A stretch of DNA of 64,000 nucleotides from Planctomycetota bacterium (GTDB taxonomy: Bacteria; Planctomycetota; SZUA-567; H5-PLA8): positions 76,830 to 140,829 of the forward strand of contig JBBRPR010000004.1 in the NCBI GenBank assembly GCA_038227875.1, in the 5' to 3' direction. Made by a program: the position numbers and the translations under genes. Positions 1-13,584 of the stretch are shown here, one piece after another (the stretch's first letter is position 1; each line of letters opens with the position of its first letter). The notes under the pieces were generated by a model that worked only from the letters and a program-made list of their open reading frames with translations, made no database searches and was not told where the DNA came from.

Positions 1-1899
1 AATTTCATCAGCGGCACGCCCAACAGCGGCATTCTGGCGGATGCTCTCGTCAGCAGCGCGATCACGGGAAATCGCGTCCTCAACGTTCCGCAGGCCGGCA
101 TCCAGTTAAGCGGCACGTCCAACACCGTGAACGTCGCCTTCAACGAGATCAGCAACGCGAACATCAATCAGAGCACCGCCGACATGGGCGGCATCCGCCT
201 GAACGCGCAGACGTTCACCGGAGCCGTCACCGTGCAGAACAACATCGTCGCCGGTTCGGTCAACGCCGTCGCCATCGCCGACGCGGGTAACAACGTCTCC
301 AACGGTTTCACGACTGTCCGCAACAACAACCTCTCCGCCAATACGCGCGGCGTCTACCGCGCCGCCGGCGGCACTGGCACGCTGAACGCGCAATCCAATT
401 GGTGGGGCAGCCCGCAGGGCCCTGTTGACCCGTCGAATCCCTCCGGCCAGGGCGTTGCCGTCAGCCCCGGCGTCACGTTCAGTCCGTTCCTGATCGACGG
501 CACCGACACCGCGCCGCTGGATCCGACGACCTTCACCAGCCTCCAGAACAGCGTCGGCTTCCAGCCCAACACCGGCCTCAGCGGCTCGGCGCAGCGCCTG
601 GTCTTCACCACGCAGCCTGTTGGCAGCCTCGCCGGTTCGCCGTTGACCACCCAGCCGGTCGTGCAGGTGCAGGACGTCAACGGTAACGTCGCCACCAGCT
701 TTACTGGGTTCATCGCCGTCTTCCTCGCCACAAATCCTTCGGGAGCCACGTTGACCGGCACGACGGTGCTCACCGTTACCTCCGGCACCGCCACATTCAC
801 GAACTTGAATCTCGATCAGCCCGGCACCGGCTACCAGCTGCTGGCGATGTCCAGCGGCAATCTTGCCGCGTCGCTCAGCGCCACGTTTAACGTGCAAGCC
901 GTCTTCAATCCCCTCCCGACCCTCACCAGCCTCTCGCCCAACAGCACCACCGCCGGCAGCCAGCCGCTGGCCCTGACCGTGACCGGCACGAACTTCATGT
1001 CCGCCTCAAAGGTACTCTTCGGAGGCCAGCCGCGCCCCACGATTTATTTGAGCTCCACGCAGCTGATCGCCGTGCTGCCCGACACCGACCTGGCCACCGC
1101 CGGCACGTTCACCATTGCTGTGAATTCCCCTGCACCCGGCGGCGGCACGACTGCGACGCTGGCATTCACTGTGAATCCTGTGACGGTACCCAACGCGCCG
1201 CCGCTGATGATCAGCCCCGCCAGCGCGACGCCCAATCCCGCCGCGCCCGGCCAGCTGGTGACGCTCAGCGCCGCCGCGGTTGATCCGGAAAATCAGTCGA
1301 TGACCTACGCCTGGAATTTCGGCGACGGCGTCGCTGCCGGGGGTTCAACAGTCACCCACACCTTTACGGCGCCCGGCATCTACACCGTGAAAGTGATCGT
1401 CACCGATTCCGCCGGCGGCACGACCAATAGCCTCGTAACCGTAACGGTGGCTGCTGCTGCCACGGCGCCCAACGAGACGATGACGCTGAAGTCCGCGAAG
1501 TTCAAGACCGTCACGCTCGCGCCGGCCAAAGGCACCGCGCAGGTCGCCGGCTCGTTCATCATGCCCACCGGAGTCACCACGCTTGCCGGCTCCGCGACGA
1601 TCCTGATCAACGGCAAAACGCAGACATTCACCGTCGGAGCGACGGGCAAAGCCAAGGTCGGCAAGACGACACTGACGATCAAGGGCAAACTGAAGAAAGG
1701 CGTGTTGAGCTCGTCGAGCGTCACGTTCGCGTTCAAGGATTTCGGCGACTACAGCACAGTGCTGATCAACGGAGGCCGCCCCGCGGGGACCTCCGGTGCG
1801 TCACTGATCGATGTCCAGCTGACCTACGCCGGCAAGACCTACGAAGGCACGCTCCAAGTCACCGTCACCGTGGGTAAAACGGGCAGCGCTGCGAAATAA
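1..1899 (+). CDS. Large secreted surface protein (5' partial) with right-handed beta-helix repeats, an IPT/TIG-like domain, a PKD domain and a Lys-rich C-terminal module
   Basis: The frame is open from base 1, so the N-terminus lies outside the window. NN(I/L)xxN repeats indicate a beta-helix. TLTSLSPNSTTAGSQPLALTVTGTNF is IPT/TIG-like. MTYAWNFGDG...YTVKVIVTDSAGG is a PKD motif. Stop at 1899. Confidence 0.8.
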   Translation, partial: NFISGTPNSGILADALVSSAITGNRVLNVPQAGIQLSGTSNTVNVAFNEISNANINQSTADMGGIRLNAQTFTGAVTVQNNIVAGSVNAVAIADAGNNVSNGFTTVRNNNLSANTRGVYRAAGGTGTLNAQSNWWGSPQGPVDPSNPSGQGVAVSPGVTFSPFLIDGTDTAPLDPTTFTSLQNSVGFQPNTGLSGSAQRLVFTTQPVGSLAGSPLTTQPVVQVQDVNGNVATSFTGFIAVFLATNPSGATLTGTTVLTVTSGTATFTNLNLDQPGTGYQLLAMSSGNLAASLSATFNVQAVFNPLPTLTSLSPNSTTAGSQPLALTVTGTNFMSASKVLFGGQPRPTIYLSSTQLIAVLPDTDLATAGTFTIAVNSPAPGGGTTATLAFTVNPVTVPNAPPLMISPASATPNPAAPGQLVTLSAAAVDPENQSMTYAWNFGDGVAAGGSTVTHTFTAPGIYTVKVIVTDSAGGTTNSLVTVTVAAAATAPNETMTLKSAKFKTVTLAPAKGTAQVAGSFIMPTGVTTLAGSATILINGKTQTFTVGATGKAKVGKTTLTIKGKLKKGVLSSSSVTFAFKDFGDYSTVLINGGRPAGTSGASLIDVQLTYAGKTYEGTLQVTVTVGKTGSAAK

Positions 1900-1900
1900 A

Positions 1901-1953
1901 GACGACGACACACTGTGAATGTTCCACGTGGAACGTTCGCAGTGTGCGTCGTG
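1901..1953. repeat. Palindromic REP-like element with core GTTCCACGTGGAAC, also a candidate bidirectional terminator between convergent genes
   Basis: Near-perfect inverted repeat gacgacGACACACTGTGAATGTTCCACGTGGAACGTTCGCAGTGTGcgtcgtg. A second copy lies at 17431-17476. Confidence 0.6.
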
Positions 1954-2032
1954 GATTCGCAAAACCGTGATGGAAAATTTTCCACCTCTCGAATGTGTAC
2001 CGCTCCGAATGTCGTGGTCAGCACGCTGCTGC

Positions 2033-5800
<3,768 letters not shown>

Positions 5801-5989
5801 GAATGGGCCTCCGTGGAGCGATCTATGCGGATTGAACTGCGATCACCGTTCTGTTCCACACCGGTGCCGAACCTCACGCTGAAAATAGTAAAAAGTTCCA
5901 CACTCCTGTTGTGTAATCGTAAGTACTTGATAATTATGATATTTATGATTTTATTCTTAGAGGTGACGGCATCGTGGCGGGGTGATTGG

Positions 5990-6024
5990 CTAATGAAATC
6001 GCCGCGCCATTCCCTGGCGCGGCG
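5990..6024 (-). terminator. Candidate rho-independent terminator downstream of the anti-sigma gene
   Basis: Stem cgccgcgcc / ggcgcggcg with loop attccct, followed on the minus strand by AUUUCAUUA, 30 nt after the stop. Confidence 0.45.
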
Positions 6025-6054
6025 AGCATAAAGAGTGTCGAAAAGAAGAATGCG

Positions 6055-7113
6055 TTAGCGGGAATTCTTGGCCTTGAAGACGGTCTTGGCAACGAGGTGA
6101 CCATCGACTTCGGCGACCGTCAGGTAGACATTGTCGCCAGCCTTCAGTTCCGGAAGATCTTTGACGTCTTTGACGACGACATCGACTTCTTTGTCGTTGA
6201 GTCCCATCTTCTTGAACGCGATGGATAGCTTGAGCACGATCGAATCGGTGCCGGCTTTCACGACGGAACCGTTCATGGTGCCGCTGTAGCCTTTCAATTC
6301 CGTGGGCAAGGTGGCGGGCGTTGCGGCCACCGCAGGTGCGGCGTCTTTGTCGTCGCCGAACGCCTGGCTCTGCCCCATCGTCAAGACCGAGCGCGAACCG
6401 TTGAAATCCACGCTGACACTGCCGGCCAGCACGCTCACTGCCATGATCATTGCAGCACGCTTCATCGTCGTTTCTCCTTGAGTGTTTTGTCCTTTGGGTT
6501 GAAGTTCAACGGAGAACTGCGTGCCCAGGACAGTGATCAGACCGACTTCCGTACTCACACGAAATGCGTGTTCCGCATCTGGTGCCTTTTGAATCTGAAA
6601 GCTCGCCTTGCCTGATTTCAGTTCCACGCTGCGGGAATGCAGAATGCTGGAACTCGACGATGCCAGATCCATCATCGAGCCGTCGGGAAAGCGGATCGTG
6701 GCCGCGTTGCCGGCGTCGCAGGCCACGACTGAACTGTCGCTGATCGAGCCATCCCGCTTCTCATTCACCAGCGCCGAGCCGGACACCAGCTCAAATCCGC
6801 CGTGCGGTTTCACGGCCATGTTCGCCAGATAGAAGTAGGTCGCGCCGGCGCAGAAAAGCAGCACCGCCGCCGCCGACCAGGCCAGATACCGCCGCGCCGG
6901 CAACGGCGTGACGCGGGGCGGAGCAGAGCGGGGGAGTTCCGGCGCCGCTGCGCTGACTTTCAGCGCTTCGACCAGCGTCGCCGTGCCCACGAACTCGTCG
7001 TAGAGGCGTTCGCGGTTGGCCGGTTCGGCCAGCAGGCGTTCGAGTTCCTTCAACTCGTCGGCGGTGATGGATTCGTCGCGCCAGGCCAGCAGCAGTTCGT
7101 CGAGGGATTTCAT
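6055..7113 (-). CDS. FecR-like anti-sigma factor with one transmembrane helix
   Basis: Start MKSLDELLLAWRDESITADELKELERLL. TM segment YLAWSAAAVLLFCAGATYFYLA, then a FecR-type periplasmic domain. ATGA start/stop overlap with the upstream ECF sigma gene. Confidence 0.75.
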   Translation of the reverse strand: MKSLDELLLAWRDESITADELKELERLLAEPANRERLYDEFVGTATLVEALKVSAAAPELPRSAPPRVTPLPARRYLAWSAAAVLLFCAGATYFYLANMAVKPHGGFELVSGSALVNEKRDGSISDSSVVACDAGNAATIRFPDGSMMDLASSSSSILHSRSVELKSGKASFQIQKAPDAEHAFRVSTEVGLITVLGTQFSVELQPKGQNTQGETTMKRAAMIMAVSVLAGSVSVDFNGSRSVLTMGQSQAFGDDKDAAPAVAATPATLPTELKGYSGTMNGSVVKAGTDSIVLKLSIAFKKMGLNDKEVDVVVKDVKDLPELKAGDNVYLTVAEVDGHLVAKTVFKAKNSR

Positions 7114-7643
7114 ACGGTTCGATTCTCCCCCTGGATCCGGCGGGCCACACACTCGCGCAGGCCTTTGCGCACGCGGCTGAGCAGCATCAGCACGGCTCCG
7201 TACGTCTGGCCCGACTGGCCGGCGATGACCGTCAACTGCACGCCCCGCTCGTAAACTTCCACCAGAAGCTGGCGCGATTTTTCGGGAAGGGCGCGCACGC
7301 ATTCCAGCAGCGCGTTGCGGCGCGCCGTCCAGACGTTGTGCGAACCGGCCTGTTCATCAAACGCCTGCTCAACGAGATCCAGCATGGAACTGTCGGGGAT
7401 CACGCGGCTGGAGCGTTTCTCGCGCCAGTAATGGAGCACGAGATTGCGCGCCGTACCGCGGCACCAGGCGGCGAGGTCCTCGATCGCCACGCCGGTGCGG
7501 GAAGCTTCGGATAGTCGCAGCCAGACTTCCTGGAGAATGTCTTCGGCGGCATCCGGATCGCGGATCAATCCGGAGATGAAGGCCATCAGCACGTGGCGTT
7601 GAGCCAGGAACTGTGCGCCGAGGTTTTCAAGCTTTTCGGTCAT
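7110..7643 (-). CDS. ECF-type RNA polymerase sigma-70 factor
   Basis: 177 aa. Sigma70 region 2 (ILQEVWLRL...) and region 4 (QLLVEVYERGVQLTVIAGQSGQTYGAV). Translationally coupled to the anti-sigma gene. Confidence 0.85.
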   Translation of the reverse strand: MTEKLENLGAQFLAQRHVLMAFISGLIRDPDAAEDILQEVWLRLSEASRTGVAIEDLAAWCRGTARNLVLHYWREKRSSRVIPDSSMLDLVEQAFDEQAGSHNVWTARRNALLECVRALPEKSRQLLVEVYERGVQLTVIAGQSGQTYGAVLMLLSRVRKGLRECVARRIQGENRTV

Positions 7644-7930
7644 TCTCTCATGCTCTCCACCCGTTCTGTTCCGCGTGGGGAACGAACCTAACAGGAATTC
7701 TCAGAATTAATGTCCTCGGCGTGGCACTTGATGCCTTTTTGCACGGATTGAGGTGCACAGATTTTTATGGTCTTTCACACTACACCGTGGCTGGGTTGCG
7801 CCGGTTTAGTTCAATACCCGATGAAGCACACTCGAACAAGATTCCCCGTCCACCTTGCCCAATCGTTTCATCTACTATTGAAATGACGTTTTGCGTATAT
7901 TCTGCAGGCCAGCCACCTCGAAATTGAAGT

Positions 7931-8881
7931 GTGGCTCGGCCGGTCGAACATGTGGGTGACACAGGCGACACATTTATGGCAGGCACACGATTCAACGCTC
8001 CGCGCAATGCAATGCAGATGTACCGCTACACGCCGCATGACCGCGGCGCCTGGACGTTTCTGACCGACCGCGGCCCCGATTTCAAAATGAAAGCGCATTG
8101 TCACGAGGACCACGAGATCAACGTCTGTGTCCGCGGCGCGGGACGTTATGTGTTGGGAACCGGGGAGTCCTGCCCGCTGAGCGCCGGACAAATTCTCTAT
8201 CTGCCCGGCGGTATCGCGCATGAATTGAAAGTCGATGAGCGCATCGTCATCCGCGGGATCTGCATCCATCCCAGCGAATTCGAATCCATTCCCAACGACG
8301 CGGTGGCGCGAGGCCTTGCAAACTCGCCGCAGATCAAGAGGTGGCGCGCGAAGCCGGCATTGCTCCCGGCCCGGCTCGCGATCGATGCGCTGCTTTATGC
8401 AACCTTGTTGGGACTTTACGAACAGCTGCGGACGGAGCAGACCGCCAAGGACGCCTTCTGCTCGCGGAGTATCGCGCATCTTTCGCAGTTGGCGGCCATG
8501 CAGGTGCTCCGTATCTTCGCGAGACCGGAGCCGTCGGCGCAACCGGGGTTGGCCGAGCAGCGCGTGCTCAACACGCGCGCGTGGATGGATCACAACTTCG
8601 CCACGGAGATCACGCTGGACCGGCTGGCGGAGCTCAGCGAACTGTCGCCCTCCCATTTCACATATCTGTTCAAGAAATGCGTGGGCCGTGCGCCCAAGCA
8701 ATATGTCCTTGAACGGCGTCTGGAATATGCGGCTGGATTGCTCGCTCAGACGGGCATGCCGGTGCTGGAGGTTTCGCTGGAGTCGGGATTTTCGCATCTG
8801 GCTCACTTCAATCGCTGCTTCAAGCATTTCACCGGCGCGACGCCCACGGGATATCGTAAGAAACATCAAAGAAATCGTTGA
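7931..8881 (+). CDS. AraC family transcriptional regulator (cupin N-domain plus HTH)
   Basis: The C-terminal HTH_AraC signature runs from LDRLAELSELSPSHFTYLFKKCVGRAPKQY to SGFSHLAHFNRCFKHFTGATPTGYRK. Confidence 0.85.
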   Translation: MARPVEHVGDTGDTFMAGTRFNAPRNAMQMYRYTPHDRGAWTFLTDRGPDFKMKAHCHEDHEINVCVRGAGRYVLGTGESCPLSAGQILYLPGGIAHELKVDERIVIRGICIHPSEFESIPNDAVARGLANSPQIKRWRAKPALLPARLAIDALLYATLLGLYEQLRTEQTAKDAFCSRSIAHLSQLAAMQVLRIFARPEPSAQPGLAEQRVLNTRAWMDHNFATEITLDRLAELSELSPSHFTYLFKKCVGRAPKQYVLERRLEYAAGLLAQTGMPVLEVSLESGFSHLAHFNRCFKHFTGATPTGYRKKHQRNR

Positions 8882-8955
8882 ATCCCGTAGGCTTCAACCG
8901 GGCCTTTCTCGTTATGTTCTGCAGCGTGACCAGAACCCGCTGAGGAATCGCCCAA

Positions 8956-9870
8956 ATGAGCATCGAATTAAAAGACACCCACGGTGTCGCGCATGTGATC
9001 AGCAGTGAGCAGGAAGAATTCTTTCGCCAGCACGGTTACCTGCTGATTGAAAATGTGCTGAGCCGCGCCGAACTGGAGGCGCTTGATGCCGGGGCCAATG
9101 CGCTGATCGCCAAAAGCGCGGAGCAGCCGCCGCCGGCGCATTTCAATTTCAGCAACGGGCATCGGTCTGGCAAGCCGGTGCTGCGGCGCATCGACTATCC
9201 CATCGACATGAGTGAACCGTTCCGCGCGCTGCTGGGCCACCCGTTTATTTTGCGCTCAGTGGAACGCCTGCAGGGGCGATCGTTCATTCCCACGTGGGAT
9301 GCGATGGTGCTCAAGATGCCGTTTGAAGGCATCCAGGTGACGTGGCATCAGGACGCGTGCGTTCACTGCGCCGGCGACGAGCCCATTTTCAATGTCGATT
9401 TTTATCTCGACGACTCCGACCAGGATACCGCCGTGTGGGTGATTCCGGGAAGTCACCGCTGGACGCCAGAGCAATTGAAAGCTGTGCTTGCCAATCCCAC
9501 GCAGTTCCCACAGGCCGGCGCATTTCCAGTTCCGGTCAAAGCTGGCAGCGTTTTATTCCATAACATCAAACTGCTCCACGGCTCACCGGCCAGCACCGGG
9601 CCGAACATGCGTCGCGTGATCTATTACGAATTTCGTCCCGCCTCAGTGGAGTTCGAACGCGGACCGCACGTGCCCGAATACATTCCATTAAAGCAGCGCG
9701 TCTTGCGCGCCTGTCTCGAACGCCGGGCTGCGGCTGCGTACGTGCCAGAGGACGAAGTGCCGTTTGAGTATCGTCCGGCAGTGCCATTCAACGGCGCGGA
9801 TGGGATTCCAAGCGGTCCCATGGAGACATACAAATACGAGCACAAGGACTATCTCCGCAAGAAGAACTAA
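8956..9870 (+). CDS. Phytanoyl-CoA dioxygenase (PhyH) family Fe(II)/2-oxoglutarate oxygenase
   Basis: FFRQHGYLLIENVLS, the TWHQD (HxD) motif, and distal His motifs IPGSH and LLHGS. Confidence 0.85.
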   Translation: MSIELKDTHGVAHVISSEQEEFFRQHGYLLIENVLSRAELEALDAGANALIAKSAEQPPPAHFNFSNGHRSGKPVLRRIDYPIDMSEPFRALLGHPFILRSVERLQGRSFIPTWDAMVLKMPFEGIQVTWHQDACVHCAGDEPIFNVDFYLDDSDQDTAVWVIPGSHRWTPEQLKAVLANPTQFPQAGAFPVPVKAGSVLFHNIKLLHGSPASTGPNMRRVIYYEFRPASVEFERGPHVPEYIPLKQRVLRACLERRAAAAYVPEDEVPFEYRPAVPFNGADGIPSGPMETYKYEHKDYLRKKN

Positions 9871-9950
9871 TCGGCCCGGACCTATTCCTGCAGCCAGCGT
9901 CCGGTTCGTCCGCTGGGCGTGATTCTACTGGCGGTGGTGCTGCATAAACT

Positions 9951-9982
9951 GGGCGGATAACCCGCCTCGCCTTGATTTTCAC
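9951..9982 (+). terminator. Weak candidate terminator after the PhyH gene
   Basis: ggcgg-ataac-ccgcc hairpin followed by the T-rich stretch cttgattttcacttt. Confidence 0.35.
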
Positions 9983-10093
9983 TTTATCACTAATGATAAT
10001 TCAAAATATCGACTCCGTCAGCGTCGCTCCAGCGGGGTAGTCATCAGCACGGATGTAAAAGACGCGTGTTGCGCCCCCTGGTGAGGACTTCCT

Positions 10094-11905
10094 ATGCATC
10101 GGCAGAACAACTGGCTCGCGACGGTCTTGACGCTCATCGTTCCGTTACTTTCGGCGCGAGCTTCCGACGACGGCAACGCTGTCGTCCCCGCCGAATTGCG
10201 CGCGACGCCCACGATTCTCTGCATCGGCCTGTATTGGCCGCTGCATGGCGATGCCAATGGCAACGCCAGCGCCAGCGTCGAATACCAGGAAGCCGGCACC
10301 GACGCGTGGAAACCCGCCTTGCCGCTCTTTCGCGTCTCTCCGCAGACCGTCGATGTTCAGGGCAACACCATCGGCAAGATTCCCGTCTCGTTCCGCAACG
10401 GCATCAAAAACTGGGGCGGGATGAAAGAGTACGCGATCGAGCGGTACGCGCAGAATTACATCGCCGGTTCGATCTTCAATCTCAAACCCGCGACGCATTA
10501 TCTCGTGCGCGTCAAACTCACCGACCCCGACGGCGGCGGCACAACACAAACCGTGGAAACCACCACGCGAGCAGTGCCCGTGATCCCCACGCAAGGCAAC
10601 GTGATCGCCGTCTCCGGCGGCGGCACGGCCCTCAACGATGCCGTCGCCAAGGCGCAGCCCGGCGACATCTTCAAAGTCAGCGCCGGCGTCTACGGCAACG
10701 TGATGGTCACCGCCAGCGGCACGGCCGAAAAGCCGATCGTGATCCAGTCCGCCGGCGACGGCGACGTCGTGATCCAGTGCCCATCGCCGGTGCAGAATTT
10801 TGAAGACGGCTCGGGCAACGGCATCGAACTGACCGGGTCGTATGTCCACATGCACGGACTGACCATCAAGGAATTCCGCGTCGGCATCCGCATGCGCACC
10901 AAAACGGCAACCGGCCTCAGCGTCACGCGCTGTACGTTCGTGAAGAATTGGACGGCGATCGAATACGGCGGAAGCAACGGTTACTTCGCCGACAATTCCA
11001 TCTCCGGCATCAAAGGCCCTGGCGAAGCCGGCGGCGACGTCACCGAAGGCCACGCCTTCGACAACAATCCCGATCGCACCGGCGGCGGAAACGTGATCTG
11101 CTACAACACGATCACGCGCGTCTCCGACGCCCTGCGCCTGCACTGTTCTGACGCCGACGCCTACGGCAACGACGTCCTCTTCGGCTCCGACGACGCCGTA
11201 GAATTCGACGACGGCGGCGCCAACGCGCGGCTCTGGGGCAATCGCTTCACGCACCCCGGCAACAACGGCATCAGTTTTCAGCCCTACATCGGCGGTCCGG
11301 CCTACGTCATCCGCAACCTGGTTTTTGTCGGCACCGAGGACGTGATCAAGGACCGCTACAAATCCTGCGGCGCGATCTTGATCAACAACACGTTCGTGGA
11401 GGCCGGCCCGAAAAACGCCGAATCCGTCACGCCGCCGGAACACACTTTCGCCCGCAACAATCTCTTCATCGGTTACGGCCGCACCTCCATGAAATACCAC
11501 GCCGAAGATTTCCTCCGCACCCCCGCGACGCTGGATCTGGATTTTAACGGCTACAACAAACCCCTCGGAGCCCCCGGGTGGAAGGCCTTCAATCTTCCCA
11601 AGCACGAAATCCGCCCGCTGGCCGAAATCCGCGACGCCACCGGCCTGGAAGCGCACGGCGTACAGCTCGATCCCGCCGCGTGTTTCAAACAGCCCCTGCC
11701 CACGCGGGAGGAAATCGATCAGGCGCTGAAAACCTGGACCGGCGCGCACCCCGACCTGAGCCTCAAGGCCGACTCCCCCGCCATCGACAAAGGCGTCAGC
11801 CTGCCCAACGTCGCCGACGTCTTCGAAGGCGCCGCGCCGGACCTGGGCGCGCTGGAATTCGGCGCGCCCCTGCCGCAGTGGGGCGTTCGTCCCGAAGGAA
11901 AATAA
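10094..11905 (+). CDS. Secreted right-handed parallel beta-helix repeat protein (pectate-lyase/NosD-like fold, probable polysaccharide-active enzyme)
   Basis: Signal peptide MHRQNNWLATVLTLIVPLLSARA. Repeats such as NNTFVEAG, NNLFIGYG and GNRFTHPGNNGI. GAGGAC RBS upstream. Confidence 0.8.
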   Translation: MHRQNNWLATVLTLIVPLLSARASDDGNAVVPAELRATPTILCIGLYWPLHGDANGNASASVEYQEAGTDAWKPALPLFRVSPQTVDVQGNTIGKIPVSFRNGIKNWGGMKEYAIERYAQNYIAGSIFNLKPATHYLVRVKLTDPDGGGTTQTVETTTRAVPVIPTQGNVIAVSGGGTALNDAVAKAQPGDIFKVSAGVYGNVMVTASGTAEKPIVIQSAGDGDVVIQCPSPVQNFEDGSGNGIELTGSYVHMHGLTIKEFRVGIRMRTKTATGLSVTRCTFVKNWTAIEYGGSNGYFADNSISGIKGPGEAGGDVTEGHAFDNNPDRTGGGNVICYNTITRVSDALRLHCSDADAYGNDVLFGSDDAVEFDDGGANARLWGNRFTHPGNNGISFQPYIGGPAYVIRNLVFVGTEDVIKDRYKSCGAILINNTFVEAGPKNAESVTPPEHTFARNNLFIGYGRTSMKYHAEDFLRTPATLDLDFNGYNKPLGAPGWKAFNLPKHEIRPLAEIRDATGLEAHGVQLDPAACFKQPLPTREEIDQALKTWTGAHPDLSLKADSPAIDKGVSLPNVADVFEGAAPDLGALEFGAPLPQWGVRPEGK

Positions 11906-11919
11906 GGTTTGACCACTGC

Positions 11920-12717
11920 ATGAAAAACGACGCCCGCGCCGCAACCTCTCCCACTCCCGCGCTCGACCGCGGGATTGCAATTCTGGAGATGCTGACCGGG
12001 CCGCTGCGCGACGGCGCCACGCGCCACGACATTCAAAAGCGCCTGGCCATCCCGCAAGCCTCCACTTACCGCTTGTTAAAAACGCTGACCGACGCGCGCC
12101 TGATCAGTGAAGACCCGTCGACGGGAAAATTCCGCCTCGGCGCGCGCAGCATGCGCCTGGGTTTCTGGGCGCGCCACGTCTCGCCGGTGGTGAAAGCCGT
12201 GCAACCCCTCCTGCGCGAGTTGTCGCTGCTCACGCACCAGATGAGCACCCTGATCGTCCACGATCACCGCTGGAAATTAATGGTGCTCGAAACCTGGCAG
12301 ACAGAAGGCACGCCGCTGCGCGTGCCCGTTCGTCCCGGCATGTTTTTCGGGCTCGACCAGTCCACCGCGCCGGGCCTCTGCTACCTGACGTTTGAACCGT
12401 CGCTCCGCGCCGAAAAATTCCTCCACCAGATCGCGATCCCCGAACGCCGCGAGCTGATGGACCTGCAGGTCGAGCCGCCGGACAAAAGTATTCTCGACGT
12501 CTGCCAGAATTTCCGCCGACTGGGCTATGCCGTGCAGTCGGTAAATCCAGTAAACTCCGGCCTGGCCGTACCGGTCTACGATCGGCGCGCCAAAGGCGTG
12601 CGCGTGGCCGCCGCGCTGAGCATCGTCTGCGACGCCAAATTCCTCACCCCCCGCCACGTGGAAAAGTGGAGCTCCGCCGCGCGCCGCCTGGCAAAAGAAT
12701 TGGAAGCCGCCATCTGA
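11920..12717 (+). CDS. IclR family transcriptional regulator
   Basis: LDRGIAILEMLTGPLRDGATRHDIQKRLAIPQASTYRLLKTL is an IclR HTH, followed by a C-terminal effector domain. The ATG at 11920 is in frame within the longer track ORF. Confidence 0.85.
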   Translation: MKNDARAATSPTPALDRGIAILEMLTGPLRDGATRHDIQKRLAIPQASTYRLLKTLTDARLISEDPSTGKFRLGARSMRLGFWARHVSPVVKAVQPLLRELSLLTHQMSTLIVHDHRWKLMVLETWQTEGTPLRVPVRPGMFFGLDQSTAPGLCYLTFEPSLRAEKFLHQIAIPERRELMDLQVEPPDKSILDVCQNFRRLGYAVQSVNPVNSGLAVPVYDRRAKGVRVAAALSIVCDAKFLTPRHVEKWSSAARRLAKELEAAI

Positions 12718-12726
12718 CCCTGCCCA

Positions 12727-12760
12727 TCCCTCTCCCCCTGAGGAAGAGTTACTCATAGGT
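12727..12760. repeat. Left copy of a ~35-bp imperfect direct repeat flanking the low-GC island
   Basis: tccctctccccctgagGAAGAGTTactcatagg, compared with ttcctctttccccctgagTGACTATCCctcatgggg at 16035-16068. Confidence 0.5.
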
Positions 12761-12930
12761 AGAGCGGAAAATATTTAGACACTTATAGTGATCCAGCGAA
12801 TTCGGAATGCTGTGATAGATTTTTCCGCTTCGGATTTTCCGTTTTTCATAGGAGGTCGGAACGGAGTATCCAATAGCGGGATTGAACTTCAGTGTCGAGT
12901 TGGTTCCCGAAATAGTTCCTGGAGGAAAGC

Positions 12931-13435
12931 CATGATTAGTAAACCAGGCATTTTTAATTTATTGGATAAATTGAAGATGATTCTACAAAAAAATAATGTT
13001 ACGCATGGCGATTCTTTCAGTATCTGTCCTCGCCCTAATTTGAAAACAGGATGGCGAATACCCGCCATTGAAAAAGGGGTTTACCTTGAACCGTCGCCAA
13101 TGTTAAAATGTCGATTTGAATATGCTGGAACTTGGGTTAATGCCGAGCCCGGCAAGTCCTGGCTTGACCTAGTGGAACTTGAATCGGTATGGGATAATAC
13201 GCGCGTACTTAGGCAATTGGAAATTCGAGAGAAGCATTTTGAAAACTCCATACTTTCAATGGTTCCTAAAACTCATCTTTCGATTTTGGGATTAGATATG
13301 GACGGGAGGGAGGAGTCTTACCTACATTGGAAGTCGGACGCCATTGAACCACGTATAATTCAGTACTATGGCGGTAATGAGAACATATTCGACAACTTTT
13401 ACCAATTTCTTGTCTGGCTCACGACTGAAAAGTAG
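12931..13435 (+). CDS. Hypothetical protein (168 aa) in the low-GC island
   Basis: GGAGG RBS 6 nt upstream of the ATG at 12931. Local GC is ~42% against ~63% for the window. No recognisable domain. Confidence 0.5.
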
Positions 13436-13584
13436 ATCTATTCGATTACGCGCCAACTGAAACCCGAAATCCGCGCGATCCAGGGCCGAAGGCCCGCCGC
13501 TATACCAGCCCAGGGCAACGCCCTGGGAAAAATCCCCCCCATCGCCACAAGGGCTGAAAGCCCGAACTATCAACCCTCTCGAGC

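Noticed and set aside
106-897. 263-aa and 148-aa ORFs antisense to the first beta-helix protein
   Set aside because: They are embedded in the plus-strand CDS and are Arg/Gly-rich artefacts.
10145-11980. 611-aa ORF antisense to the beta-helix gene
   Set aside because: Same reasoning. The plus-strand gene has a signal peptide, an RBS and domain repeats, while the antisense frame is compositionally biased (R/G/A/V).
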